In this document: in pieces, positions 28,224 through 37,539 of the stretch
Position numbering within the stretch: position 1 is the stretch's first letter
How the letters are laid out: every line of letters begins with the position of its first letter
Origin: Clostridia bacterium
Lineage (GTDB): Bacteria > Bacillota > Clostridia > Oscillospirales > CAG-272
Assembly (NCBI GenBank): GCA_017452475.1
Contig: JAFTMJ010000003.1
Coordinates: 1-63,653 of the forward strand
Direction of reading: 5' to 3'
DNA: 63,653 nt
The notes under the pieces: generated by a model
Told to the model about the DNA's origin: nothing
The model's input: only the letters and a program-made list of their open reading frames with translations
Database searches by the model: none
Position numbers and translations under genes: made by a program

Positions 28224-29048
28224 ATGGGAGTTGTAGTAGGCATTGACATTGGCGGCAGCACCACCAAAATTGTGGGCTTCGACCACGATAAAAATTTAAT
28301 TCATCCAATGTTCGTTACGGCGGATGACCCAATAACATCAATTTACGGTGCCTTTGGTAAGTTTACCGACAGTAATAATTTAGGTCTTTCCGATATTGAA
28401 AGGGTTATGATAACGGGTGTTGGCGCATCCTATGTTAACAAGCCCATATATAATTTAAAGTGTGAGCATACCCCCGAGTTTAAAAGCATTGGCTTGGGCG
28501 GCTTGTATCTTTCAAAGCTTAATGAGGCAATCATTGTCAGCCTTGGCACAGGTACGGCGCTTGTCCACGCAAAGAAGGGTAAGGCGCCCGACTATCTTGG
28601 CGGTACAGGCGTTGGCGGCGGTACACTTGTGGGTCTTTCCAAGAAAATCCTTGGAGTTAACAAGGTGGAAACCATTGATGAGCTTGCCCGCTTAGGTGAC
28701 ATTAACAACATCGACTTAAAAATCAAGGATATTTCAAAAAAAGATATTGGATTAAGCGGTCAAATGACAGCGGCAAACTTTGCAAACATAAGCGAAACCG
28801 CAAGCCAAAATGACTTTGCCTTGGGTCTTATAAATATGGTTTTTGAAACCGTGGGTATGGTTGCGTATTTTGCGTCTAAGCCATACGGACTTAAGGATAT
28901 TGTGGTTACAGGTAATCTAACCCAAATGTCTCAGGCATCTGAGATTTTTGATGTGCTTAACAAGATGTTTAAAATGAACTTTGTTATTCCGGAAAATGCG
29001 CAGTTTAGCACAGTTATAGGAGCTGCCCTTTCCTACTTTGAAAAATGA
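28224..29048 (+). CDS. Type II pantothenate kinase (ASKHA fold)
   Basis: GIDIGGSTTK, TGVGA, EF..IGLGG, SLGTGT, GGTGVGGGT; GGAGG RBS. Confidence 0.8.
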   Translation: MGVVVGIDIGGSTTKIVGFDHDKNLIHPMFVTADDPITSIYGAFGKFTDSNNLGLSDIERVMITGVGASYVNKPIYNLKCEHTPEFKSIGLGGLYLSKLNEAIIVSLGTGTALVHAKKGKAPDYLGGTGVGGGTLVGLSKKILGVNKVETIDELARLGDINNIDLKIKDISKKDIGLSGQMTAANFANISETASQNDFALGLINMVFETVGMVAYFASKPYGLKDIVVTGNLTQMSQASEIFDVLNKMFKMNFVIPENAQFSTVIGAALSYFEK

Positions 29049-30046
29049 TAAAGCGGATTGAGGAAATAAATAACCGCAGGAATATAAACAACCGTGTTTT
29101 CACTCTTGTGGCGTCCTATCTTAACAATTATCCCGATTTGGTAACAAGTAAAACTATTTTGGAAATAACTAACGGAAATAAGGAGAATGAGGAAAGGGCG
29201 TTTGCCTCATTCCTTGCCAATGTTTTTTCCGAAAACGAAAATGAGATAAGAGTGCTTGAAAGGGAATATCTTTTGCCCTCTGTTAAGCGTTTATCCCCCG
29301 AGGAGTATCTGAAAAACCCGTTTTTGCAGAATATAAAAATTCCCAAAACCGCAAAGGGCGGGTGGACTCTTGGCTATCAATCCTATAAGCCGTACGAGGG
29401 ATTTATTTACCGTGATATTGAGGTAAAGCCAAATTATACCGAAATTCCCCAAATCGGCTTTTTTGACACTGAGCTTTCCTTTCCAACCGTGTTTGAAAAC
29501 GGCATTGAGTGGATGGCTATTAAGCCAAACGAAATCGAAACAATGGGTGCCCCGATTGAAAAAGCCCGTGGGCGTGTCTTAGTTTACGGTCTTGGCATAG
29601 GATATTTTGCTTATATGGTCAGCGAAAAAGCGGAGGTTGACTGTATAACCGTTGTGGAACGGGACCAAAATGTAATTGACTTGTTTTGTGAGCATATCTT
29701 GCCCCAATTTCCTAACAAAAGCAAAATTCAAATAGTTAAATCCGATGCGTTTGAGTACGCAAAAAACAAAATGAAAAGGGGCGCCTTTGACTATGTTTTC
29801 ACCGACCTGTGGCACGATGTGTCAGATGGGGTGGATTTGTATGTGAAAATGAAAAAATTCGAGGGGGAGTGTCCAAATTCCCACTTTGAATATTGGATTG
29901 AACGCTCAATTCTGTCAAGCATCCGTTGGAGCATTTTTGATGGTATTTACTCCCGTGTAAAAGCAGGTAAATTCAACGGTACTATTGAGGAAATAGAGGG
30001 CTATTTGAAGGACAGCTATCTCAAAAGCTTCGTAAAATTCGTATAA
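29045..30046 (+). CDS. Putative SAM-dependent methyltransferase (spermidine-synthase-like fold)
   Basis: VLVYGLGIGY, ITVVERD, DAFEY, DYVFTDLW. Confidence 0.6.
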   Translation: MIKRIEEINNRRNINNRVFTLVASYLNNYPDLVTSKTILEITNGNKENEERAFASFLANVFSENENEIRVLEREYLLPSVKRLSPEEYLKNPFLQNIKIPKTAKGGWTLGYQSYKPYEGFIYRDIEVKPNYTEIPQIGFFDTELSFPTVFENGIEWMAIKPNEIETMGAPIEKARGRVLVYGLGIGYFAYMVSEKAEVDCITVVERDQNVIDLFCEHILPQFPNKSKIQIVKSDAFEYAKNKMKRGAFDYVFTDLWHDVSDGVDLYVKMKKFEGECPNSHFEYWIERSILSSIRWSIFDGIYSRVKAGKFNGTIEEIEGYLKDSYLKSFVKFV

Positions 30047-30076
30047 TACAAGGGAGGAGCTATCCTCCCAATATAT

Positions 30077-30153
30077 CTACCCGTAGCCCAGCTGGATAGA
30101 GCAACAGACTCCGACTCTGTAGGTCGTAGGTTCAAATCCTATCGGGTAGGCCA
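30077..30153 (+). tRNA. tRNA-Arg(CCG)
   Basis: Acceptor CTACCCG/CGGGTAG, D-loop AGCTGGATAG, anticodon arm ACAGA-CTCCGAC-TCTGT, T-loop GGTTCAAATCC, encoded CCA. Confidence 0.95.
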
Positions 30154-30154
30154 A

Positions 30155-30192
30155 AAAAACGACAAATTTCGACAGAAATTTGTCGTTTTTTA
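30155..30192 (+). terminator. Terminator after tRNA
   Basis: AAAAACGACAAATTTC-GACA-GAAATTTGTCGTTTTT. Confidence 0.8.
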
Positions 30193-30194
30193 TT

Positions 30195-30362
30195 CAAGCC
30201 ACAGGCTTGGTATGGAATCACGCGTTAGCGTGTATGGTATCGCCGTAGGCGTATGGCATCACCAAAGGTGCATTTTTCTGCTGCTTGATTCCATACGATT
30301 GCTTTGCAATCAATTCCGTGCCGCAACAAGTTGCGGATTCCATGCACGGCTCAGCCGTGATT
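30195..30362. repeat. Modular motif-plus-hairpin array
   Basis: GTATGGNATC x3 (30210, 30232, 30251) and inverted RATTCCRTRC x3 (30287, 30312, 30336) interleaved with different short perfect hairpins. Confidence 0.75.
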
Positions 30363-30503
30363 GAGTACACGCGGGTTCAAATCCATACTGAAAAGCGAAA
30401 AATATTTTTTATCTTTCCTTTCGCACCTTTGGTCGAAAAGCATTGACTTTATGTCCCCACAGTTGTATAATATGTATGCAACCATAAAATGCAGGAGGTA
30501 GCT

Positions 30504-30791
30504 ATGAGGGAAGGAACAAGCGGATTTTGGATTAATAAAATTGACGGTGCGATAAGCATCGGCTATGAGGATTACGGCGTTTCCCAGTTCGGCGGCGGAT
30601 GCTTTGAAAAAACCTACTATTTAAACAAGGAAAATTCAAAAAAATTCCTCTCAGCCTTGAAGAAGGAGTATAAGGGTACCCTACGGGAAATGGTTGAGAC
30701 TGCCTTCGGCAAAAACTTTAATGACCCACTATTTTGGGACTTCTGCAAGAAAAACGAAATAACCTTCACCTCCTCCACCTGGAGCAGCTGA
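30504..30791 (+). CDS. Hypothetical protein
   Basis: 95-aa ORF with AGGAGG RBS; no recognised motif. Confidence 0.7.
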   Translation: MREGTSGFWINKIDGAISIGYEDYGVSQFGGGCFEKTYYLNKENSKKFLSALKKEYKGTLREMVETAFGKNFNDPLFWDFCKKNEITFTSSTWSS

Positions 30792-30810
30792 TTTTTGAAA
30801 GGCGTGTGCT

Positions 30811-31057
30811 ATGATTTATACGGAAATGACAAAAAAGGCTCTTAGCCTTTCCTTTGATGCTCACAAGGGTCAGGTTGACAAAAGCGGTATGCCATATGTT
30901 TTTCACCCCTTCCATTTGGCTGAGCAAATGGCTGACGAGGATACAACGGTTGTCGCCCTTCTTCACGATGTGGTGGAGGCTTGAGTGCATTACCCCTTAC
31001 GATATTGAAAGGGCAGAAAAATACAAACAAGCAATAAAGCTTCTTGAAAGCGAATAG
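30811..31057 (+). pseudogene. HD-domain (RelA/SpoT hydrolase-like, Mesh1-type) pseudogene with internal deletion
   Basis: MIYTEMTKKAL...AHKGQVDKSGMPYVFHP...ALLHDVVEA-stop (30811-30984); family-like C-terminus ITPYDIERAEKYKQAIKLLESE follows at once in another frame. Confidence 0.75.
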
Positions 31058-31200
31058 AATTTTAAATCCGCACGGCAGTGCGGTTTTTTGTTCTTTTTAA
31101 CTTTGTTGAAAAAACTGTTGCACTTATAAAATGCGTGTGATATAATATAATCAATATTAGTAACGGGCGAGCTATGCCCAAAAGTAAAAGGAGATACAAT

Positions 31201-32874
31201 ATGCTATCTGACATCGAAATTGCACAGGGTGCAAAGCTAAAGAGAATTAACGAAATTGCTGACCAAATCGGTCTTTTGCCAGAGGAGTATGAGCCATACG
31301 GTCACTACAAGGCAAAAATCACAGATGAGTTTTTGAACAGAATGGCGGACAAGCCAAACGGTAAGCTCATTCTTGTTACCGCTATTAACCCAACCCCCGC
31401 AGGCGAGGGTAAGACAACCACATCCGTTGGTCTTGGTATGGCGATGAATAAGATAGGTAAGAAAACTATTATCGCTCTTCGTGAGCCATCCTTAGGTCCT
31501 GTTTTCGGAGTTAAGGGCGGTGCCGCAGGCGGCGGCTACTCCCAGGTTTTGCCTATGGAGGATATTAACCTTCACTTCACAGGCGACTTCCACGCAATCA
31601 CAACCGCAAATAACCTGCTTTCTGCAGTAATTGACAACCATATTCAGCAGGGTAATGTGCTTGGCATCGACCAAAGGAGAATTCTTTTCCCAAGAGTGCT
31701 TGATATGAATGATAGAGCTCTTCGTAATGTAGTTGTAGGTCTTGGCACAAAGGTTGACGGTGTTCCCAGGGAGGACCACTTTATGATTACCGTTGCCAGC
31801 GAGATTATGGCTATCCTTTGCCTAAGTGAGTCTATTGACGACCTAAAGACACGCCTTGGCAAAATCCTTGTTGCTTATAAGTATGACGGCTCTCCCGTTT
31901 ACTGCCGTGACTTGGGTGTTAACGGCGCTATGGCGGCTGTTTTGAAGGATGCCTTGAAGCCTAACCTTGTGCAAACAATAGAGAACACCCCTGCGCTTAT
32001 CCACGGCGGTCCCTTTGCAAATATTGCCCACGGCTGTAACTCTGTTCGCGCAACAAAGCTTGCATTAAAGCTTGCTGACTACACAGTTACCGAGGCAGGC
32101 TTCGGCGCTGACCTTGGTGCTGAAAAGTTCTTTGATATTAAGTGCCGCTTTGCAGGTCTTAAGCCTGAGTGCGTTGTTCTTGTTGCAACCGTTCGTGCCC
32201 TTAAGTATAACGGCGGCGTTCCAAAGGCAGAGCTTGTAAACGAAAATCTTGAGGCGCTCAAAAAGGGTGCGGTTAACCTTGAGGCTCATATTGATAACCT
32301 CCAAAAGTACGGCGTACCTGTTGTTGTTGCTATTAACCGCTTCGGCACAGATACAGATGCAGAGCTTAAGGCAGTTGAGGAAATGTGCATTGCCAAGGGC
32401 GCTGACTTTGCCTTGTCCGATGTATTTGCTAAGGGTGGCGACGGCGGTATTGAGCTTGCAAAGAAGGTTGTTGCAGCCTGCGAAAAGCCATCTAACTTCC
32501 GTGTTCTTTACCCGGATGAAATGTCTATCAAGGATAAGATTATCACAGTAGCTAAGGAAATCTACGGCGCAGGCGACGTTAAGTTTGATGCCGCAGCATC
32601 TAAGGCAATAGCTGAGTTTGAGGCTCTTGACCCCGAGTACTCCAAGTTCCCTGTTTGTATGGCGAAAACACAGTACTCCCTGTCCGACGACCAAACAAAG
32701 CTTGGCAGACCAACAGGCTTTACCCTTACCGTGCGTGAGGTTAAGCTCTCTGCAGGCGCAGGCTTTATCGTTGCATTGACGGGCTCTATTATGACAATGC
32801 CGGGCCTTCCAAAGGCTCCTGCCGCACTTAAGATTGATGTTGATAATGACGGAAAGATAACAGGACTGTTCTAA
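31201..32874 (+). CDS. fhs: Formate--tetrahydrofolate ligase
   Basis: [49 protein letters not shown]. Confidence 0.97.
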   Translation: MLSDIEIAQGAKLKRINEIADQIGLLPEEYEPYGHYKAKITDEFLNRMADKPNGKLILVTAINPTPAGEGKTTTSVGLGMAMNKIGKKTIIALREPSLGPVFGVKGGAAGGGYSQVLPMEDINLHFTGDFHAITTANNLLSAVIDNHIQQGNVLGIDQRRILFPRVLDMNDRALRNVVVGLGTKVDGVPREDHFMITVASEIMAILCLSESIDDLKTRLGKILVAYKYDGSPVYCRDLGVNGAMAAVLKDALKPNLVQTIENTPALIHGGPFANIAHGCNSVRATKLALKLADYTVTEAGFGADLGAEKFFDIKCRFAGLKPECVVLVATVRALKYNGGVPKAELVNENLEALKKGAVNLEAHIDNLQKYGVPVVVAINRFGTDTDAELKAVEEMCIAKGADFALSDVFAKGGDGGIELAKKVVAACEKPSNFRVLYPDEMSIKDKIITVAKEIYGAGDVKFDAAASKAIAEFEALDPEYSKFPVCMAKTQYSLSDDQTKLGRPTGFTLTVREVKLSAGAGFIVALTGSIMTMPGLPKAPAALKIDVDNDGKITGLF

Positions 32875-32875
32875 T

Positions 32876-33310
32876 ATGATAAAGGAATTTCACACACAAA
32901 CTGTGGAAGAAACCGAGGATGTAGGGCGTGAGCTTGCTCTTATGCTTGATAAGGGCAAGCCGCACTTTATCGCAATGTATGGGGACTTGGGCGTTGGCAA
33001 AACCGCCTTTGTCCGTGGGCTTGCCTCCGTGCTTGCCCCCGGCGCAAGAGTAAAAAGCCCTACCTACACGGTTGTGAATAAATATGATGGTTTATCTCTT
33101 CCTTTATACCATTTGGATGTTTACCGCATAAATGATGAGGATGAGCTTTATTCCATCGGCTTTGACGACTATGTAAATACAGGAATTTGCGTGGTTGAGT
33201 GGAGCGAAAATATTCCCGACTCTATTCCCTGTGACGCAACCTGCGTTACCATTGAAAAAGAGGGGGAGAATTTTGAAAAAAGAAAAATAGTAATTGAGGT
33301 GAAGAGATGA
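32876..33310 (+). CDS. tsaE: t6A biosynthesis ATPase
   Basis: GDLGVGKT, VKSPTY, YHLDVYR, VVEW. Confidence 0.93.
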   Translation: MIKEFHTQTVEETEDVGRELALMLDKGKPHFIAMYGDLGVGKTAFVRGLASVLAPGARVKSPTYTVVNKYDGLSLPLYHLDVYRINDEDELYSIGFDDYVNTGICVVEWSENIPDSIPCDATCVTIEKEGENFEKRKIVIEVKR

Positions 33311-34002
33311 AAATTTTAGCAATAGATTCTACAGCCAACACCTCAACCGTTGCCGTGCTTGAAAATGACAAGCTTTTGTCATTATATTCAGCAAACATAA
33401 AAAACACCCATAGCGAAACGCTTTTGCCTATGGTAAAATCCGTGCTTGATACCCTAAAGCTAACAAATGAAGATATTGATGCCTATGCCGTTTCAAACGG
33501 CCCGGGCTCATTCACAGGTGTTAGAATTGGCGTTGCAACCGTTAAGGGCCTTGCCTTTAACAGGGGTAAGCCCTGCGTTGAGGTCAGCACCGTGGAGGCA
33601 TTAGCTGCCAACCTTGATGGCTTTGCGGGTATTGCGTGCCCAATTATGAATGCAAGGCGAGGGCAGGTATATACAGGCGCGTTTCTAAACGGCAGGAGAA
33701 TAATCGATGACTGCTGTATGATGCTTTGCGACCTTATTCCAATGCTTGAAAAATACGGTGAGCCCATCTATTTTGTGGGCGATGGCTATTCCTTGATTGA
33801 GGGTATGGATAATGAGAAATTCAGACACACCCCCGAGCATTTAAGATATCAAAATGCATATTCCGTTGGCAAAATTGCATATAGAATGCTTGAAAACGGT
33901 GTGTATACAAATGATACGGATTTGCGTGTGGAATACTTAAGAAAGCCACAGGCGGAAAGAGAACGAGAGGAAAGACTTAAAGGAAAAGAGAATGATGAAT
34001 AA
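33307..34002 (+). CDS. tsaB: t6A biosynthesis protein
   Basis: ILAIDS, HSETLLP, GPGSFTGVRIG. Confidence 0.93.
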   Translation: MKILAIDSTANTSTVAVLENDKLLSLYSANIKNTHSETLLPMVKSVLDTLKLTNEDIDAYAVSNGPGSFTGVRIGVATVKGLAFNRGKPCVEVSTVEALAANLDGFAGIACPIMNARRGQVYTGAFLNGRRIIDDCCMMLCDLIPMLEKYGEPIYFVGDGYSLIEGMDNEKFRHTPEHLRYQNAYSVGKIAYRMLENGVYTNDTDLRVEYLRKPQAEREREERLKGKENDE

Positions 34003-34453
34003 GCCAATTTTAGTTGCCTGCGACCACGCGGCAGTAGAAATGAAAAAAGAGGTAATTAAGCACCTTGAGGAGCAGGGCTACACCTGTGTTGATTTTGGAA
34101 CTCACACAAACGCAAGCTGCAACTATCCCGACTATGCGGAGAGGGTTTGCCAAGCCATCAACGACGGCGAAGGGGATATGGGTATTTTGATTTGCGGTAC
34201 AGGCATAGGTATGTCTATGGCTGCGAATAAGTGCAGAGGTATTCGCGCGGCTCTTTGCTCTGATACCTTTTCTGCAAGATTTACAAGGCTTCACAACAAT
34301 GCCAATGTCCTATGTATGGGCGCGCGCACAATAGGCGCAGGCTTGGCTTGTGACATTGCAGATGTTTTTGTGAAAACAGGCTTTGAGGGTGGCAGACACC
34401 AAACAAGGGTTGATATGGTGATGGCTCTTGAGGAAAAGCGTTTTAATAAGTAA
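33992..34453 (+). CDS. rpiB: Ribose-5-phosphate isomerase B
   Basis: ACDHAA, YPDYA, CGTGIG, HNNANVL, FEGGRH. Confidence 0.93.
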   Translation: MMNKPILVACDHAAVEMKKEVIKHLEEQGYTCVDFGTHTNASCNYPDYAERVCQAINDGEGDMGILICGTGIGMSMAANKCRGIRAALCSDTFSARFTRLHNNANVLCMGARTIGAGLACDIADVFVKTGFEGGRHQTRVDMVMALEEKRFNK

Positions 34454-34474
34454 TTTTTTATTGAGGTGAACAAT

Positions 34475-35935
34475 ATGAAGAAAGTTTATTTTATCACAGG
34501 CAGCCAGGATCTTTACGGTGAGGAGTGCTTACTTGATGTAGCAAAGGACTCAAAGACAATTGCAAAGTATCTTGACAAAAAAATTGACGGTGTTAAGGTT
34601 GAGTACATCGGTATCGTAAGGGATGAAAGCAGCTGTGTTGACCTTTGCAAGAGGGCAACAAACGACCCTGACTGTATCGCGGTTATTACTTGGATGCACA
34701 CCTTCAGCCCTGCAAAAATGTGGATTAAGGGCTTGCAGCTTTTGACAAAGCCGCTTTTGCACTTCCACACACAGGCAAACGAAAAGCTTCCGTATGATGA
34801 AATCGATATGGACTTTATGAACCTTAACCAAACCGCACACGGCGGACGCGAGTATGGCTTTATGTGCACACGTCTCGGCGTTAAGCGTGAGGTTATTGTT
34901 GGCTACTACAAGCACGAGGATGTTATTGAAAAAATCAGAAAATTCCTTGATGTTGCAAGGGCTGTTGATTTTTCTAAGAACCTTAATGTTGCTATGTTCG
35001 GCAGCAATATGAGGGAGGTTTCCGTAACCGACGGTGACAGAGTAGAGAGCCAAATTAAGTACGGTTGGAATGTAAACTACTACGGCATTGGCGACCTTGT
35101 TGCCCTTGTTAACGAGGTAACAAAGGAAGAGCTTGATGCTAAGATGGCAGAGTACAAAGAGCTTTACATAATGAACACAGACAATATAGATGCTGTAAAG
35201 GAGCAGGCAAAGTATGAAATCGCCCTTGATAAGTTCCTTACAAACGGTAACTTCGGCGCTTATACAGACACCTTCCAGGACCTCCACGGTATGAAGCAGC
35301 TCCCCGGTCTTGCTACTCAGAGAATGATGGCAAAGGGCATCGGCTTCGGCGCAGAGGGCGACTACAAAACAGCGGCTCTTAATGCTATTTTCTGCGAAAT
35401 GGCAAAGGGAAGAAAGGGCTCAACAGGCTTTATGGAGGACTACACCTACGACTTTACAAAGGGCGGTGAGGTTGTTCTCGGCTCCCATATGCTTGAGGTT
35501 TCGCCCGACTTTGCTTCAACTCAGCCAAAAATTGAGGTACACCACTTGGGTATCGGCGGCAAGGAGCCCCCTGCAAGGCTTGTGTTTGACGGCGTTGAGG
35601 GTGACGCTGTTGCCGTTTGTATGATTGATATGGGCAACCGCTTCCGTCTTATCTGCGCATCCGTTGAGCTTGTTAAGCAGCCTAAGCCAATGCCAAAGCT
35701 CCCCGTTGCAAGAATTATGTGGAAGCTAAAGCCCGACCACGCAACAGGTGCCGCAGCTTGGATCTATGCAGGCGGCGCACACCATACAGTTGTTTCAAGC
35801 GCACTTACAGTTGACGATGTTCGTTTGTTTGCAAAGCTTACAGATACCGAGCTTGTTGTAATTGATGAAAACACCGACCTTAATAAGCTTCAAAGCGAGC
35901 TTGATATGCTTGACCTTTTGGCAAAGCTAAAGTAA
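34475..35935 (+). CDS. araA: L-arabinose isomerase
   Basis: GSQDLYG, WMHTFSPAKMWI, MNLNQTAHG, GFGAEGD, FMEDY, HMLEV, AGGAHH. Confidence 0.93.
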   Translation: MKKVYFITGSQDLYGEECLLDVAKDSKTIAKYLDKKIDGVKVEYIGIVRDESSCVDLCKRATNDPDCIAVITWMHTFSPAKMWIKGLQLLTKPLLHFHTQANEKLPYDEIDMDFMNLNQTAHGGREYGFMCTRLGVKREVIVGYYKHEDVIEKIRKFLDVARAVDFSKNLNVAMFGSNMREVSVTDGDRVESQIKYGWNVNYYGIGDLVALVNEVTKEELDAKMAEYKELYIMNTDNIDAVKEQAKYEIALDKFLTNGNFGAYTDTFQDLHGMKQLPGLATQRMMAKGIGFGAEGDYKTAALNAIFCEMAKGRKGSTGFMEDYTYDFTKGGEVVLGSHMLEVSPDFASTQPKIEVHHLGIGGKEPPARLVFDGVEGDAVAVCMIDMGNRFRLICASVELVKQPKPMPKLPVARIMWKLKPDHATGAAAWIYAGGAHHTVVSSALTVDDVRLFAKLTDTELVVIDENTDLNKLQSELDMLDLLAKLK

Positions 35936-36154
35936 TTTTCGGCTCATATAATATATAATGAAGCAAATTCAACATAACGCAAAAAAGCTCTCTTTTGAAA
36001 AAAGGGAGCTTTTTTGATGAATAACAATGAATATTTATAATGAAATATTCACAAAATATTCACTGTGCATTATGCAATATTTACTAAAATTCAAAGCGAA
36101 AACAGTTTATTTATAATAAAAGACAATAAAAATAAAAAATATTTAAAAAAGGAC

Positions 36155-36212
36155 TTGACAAACGGTTAATAAAGATATATAATACAATTCGTAAAAAATG
36201 AATAATATTTCA
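36155..36212 (+). promoter_or_regulatory. arg operon promoter with ARG-box-like site
   Basis: TTGACA 36155-36160, 17 bp, TATAAT 36178-36183; TGAATAATATTTCA at 36199-36212 resembles the ArgR box. Confidence 0.65.
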
Positions 36213-36228
36213 TTCGGAGGAAAATAAA

Positions 36229-37455
36229 ATGGATAAGTCAAAAATCAAAAAGGTAGTTTTAGCATATTCAGGCGGTCTTGATACTTCAATTATCATTCCG
36301 TGGTTAAAGGAGAATTACAACAACTGTGAGGTTATCGCCGTTAGCGGTAATGTTGGCCAGGCTGATGAGCTTGAGGGTCTTGAGGAAAAGGCTATTAAGA
36401 CAGGCGCTTCCAAGTGCTACATTGAGGACTTAACAGAGGAGTTTGTTGATGATTATGTAATTCCTACCGTTAAGGCAGGCGCACTTTACGAGGAATATAT
36501 GCTCGGTACATCCTTTGCACGTCCTGTTATTGCAAAGAGAATAGCTGAGATTGCTATTAAAGAGGGTGCAGACGCAATCTGCCACGGCTGTACAGGTAAG
36601 GGTAATGACCAGGTTCGTTTCGAGCTTACAATTAAGGCTTTTGCTCCCGATATGCCTATTATCGCTCCTTGGAGAGAGTGGACTATTAAGTCCCGTGAGG
36701 AGGAAATTGAGTACGCAGAGGCGCACAATGTACCTCTTAAGATAAACCGTGAAACAAACTACTCAAAGGATAAGAACCTTTGGCACTTAAGCCACGAGGG
36801 CCTTGACCTTGAGGATGCAGGCAACGAGCCTCTTTACGAAAAGGAAGGCTTCCTTGAAATGGGCGTTTCTCCAATCAAGGCACCCGATGCTCCTACATAT
36901 GTAGAGCTTGATTTTGTTAAGGGTATACCAACCGCTATTAACGGTGAGAAAATGAGTGCCAAGAATATTATTCTTAAGCTTAACGAGCTTGGCGGAGCTA
37001 ACGGTATCGGTCTTCTTGACATTGTTGAAAACCGTTTGGTAGGTATGAAGTGCCGTGGTGTATACGAAACACCGGGCGGAGCTATTTTGTATGCGGCTCA
37101 TAGCTACCTTGAAACAATTTGTCTTGACAAGATGACAATGCATGAAAAGCAAAAGCTTTCCATCACCTTTGCAGAGCTTGTATATAACGGTCAGTGGTTC
37201 ACACCCCTTCGCGAGGCTCTTTCCGCCTTTGTTGACAAGACACAGGAGAACGTAACAGGTAAGGTTAAGCTCAAGCTCTATAAGGGCAACATCATCAAGG
37301 CAGGCGTATGGAGTGACTATTCCCTCTATTCCGAGGAAATCGCTACCTTTGGTGAGGACAATGTATATAACCAGGCTGACAGTGCAGGCTTTATCAACCT
37401 CTTTGGCTTGCCAATTAAGGTTCAGGCGCAGGTTAACGCAAAGAACAAGAAATAA
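36229..37455 (+). CDS. argG: Argininosuccinate synthase
   Basis: [39 protein letters not shown]. Confidence 0.97.
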   Translation: MDKSKIKKVVLAYSGGLDTSIIIPWLKENYNNCEVIAVSGNVGQADELEGLEEKAIKTGASKCYIEDLTEEFVDDYVIPTVKAGALYEEYMLGTSFARPVIAKRIAEIAIKEGADAICHGCTGKGNDQVRFELTIKAFAPDMPIIAPWREWTIKSREEEIEYAEAHNVPLKINRETNYSKDKNLWHLSHEGLDLEDAGNEPLYEKEGFLEMGVSPIKAPDAPTYVELDFVKGIPTAINGEKMSAKNIILKLNELGGANGIGLLDIVENRLVGMKCRGVYETPGGAILYAAHSYLETICLDKMTMHEKQKLSITFAELVYNGQWFTPLREALSAFVDKTQENVTGKVKLKLYKGNIIKAGVWSDYSLYSEEIATFGEDNVYNQADSAGFINLFGLPIKVQAQVNAKNKK

Positions 37456-37539
37456 TCAATAAACCGTTTGCGGTGGGTTTTTGCCCATCGCAATACGGCT
37501 TTATATTTATTACGCGCGTACGCACGAAAGGATATTATT

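Noticed and set aside
31058-31200. ZTP riboswitch upstream of fhs
   Set aside because: The leader after the promoter is short and has only a 4-bp GGGC/GCCC stem; no ZTP consensus
34550-35287. 245-aa antisense ORF over araA (also 16181-16828, 32065-32694, 40222-40908, 4883-5503, 9814-10344)
   Set aside because: Shadow frames of strongly codon-biased genes; no RBS or protein motifs
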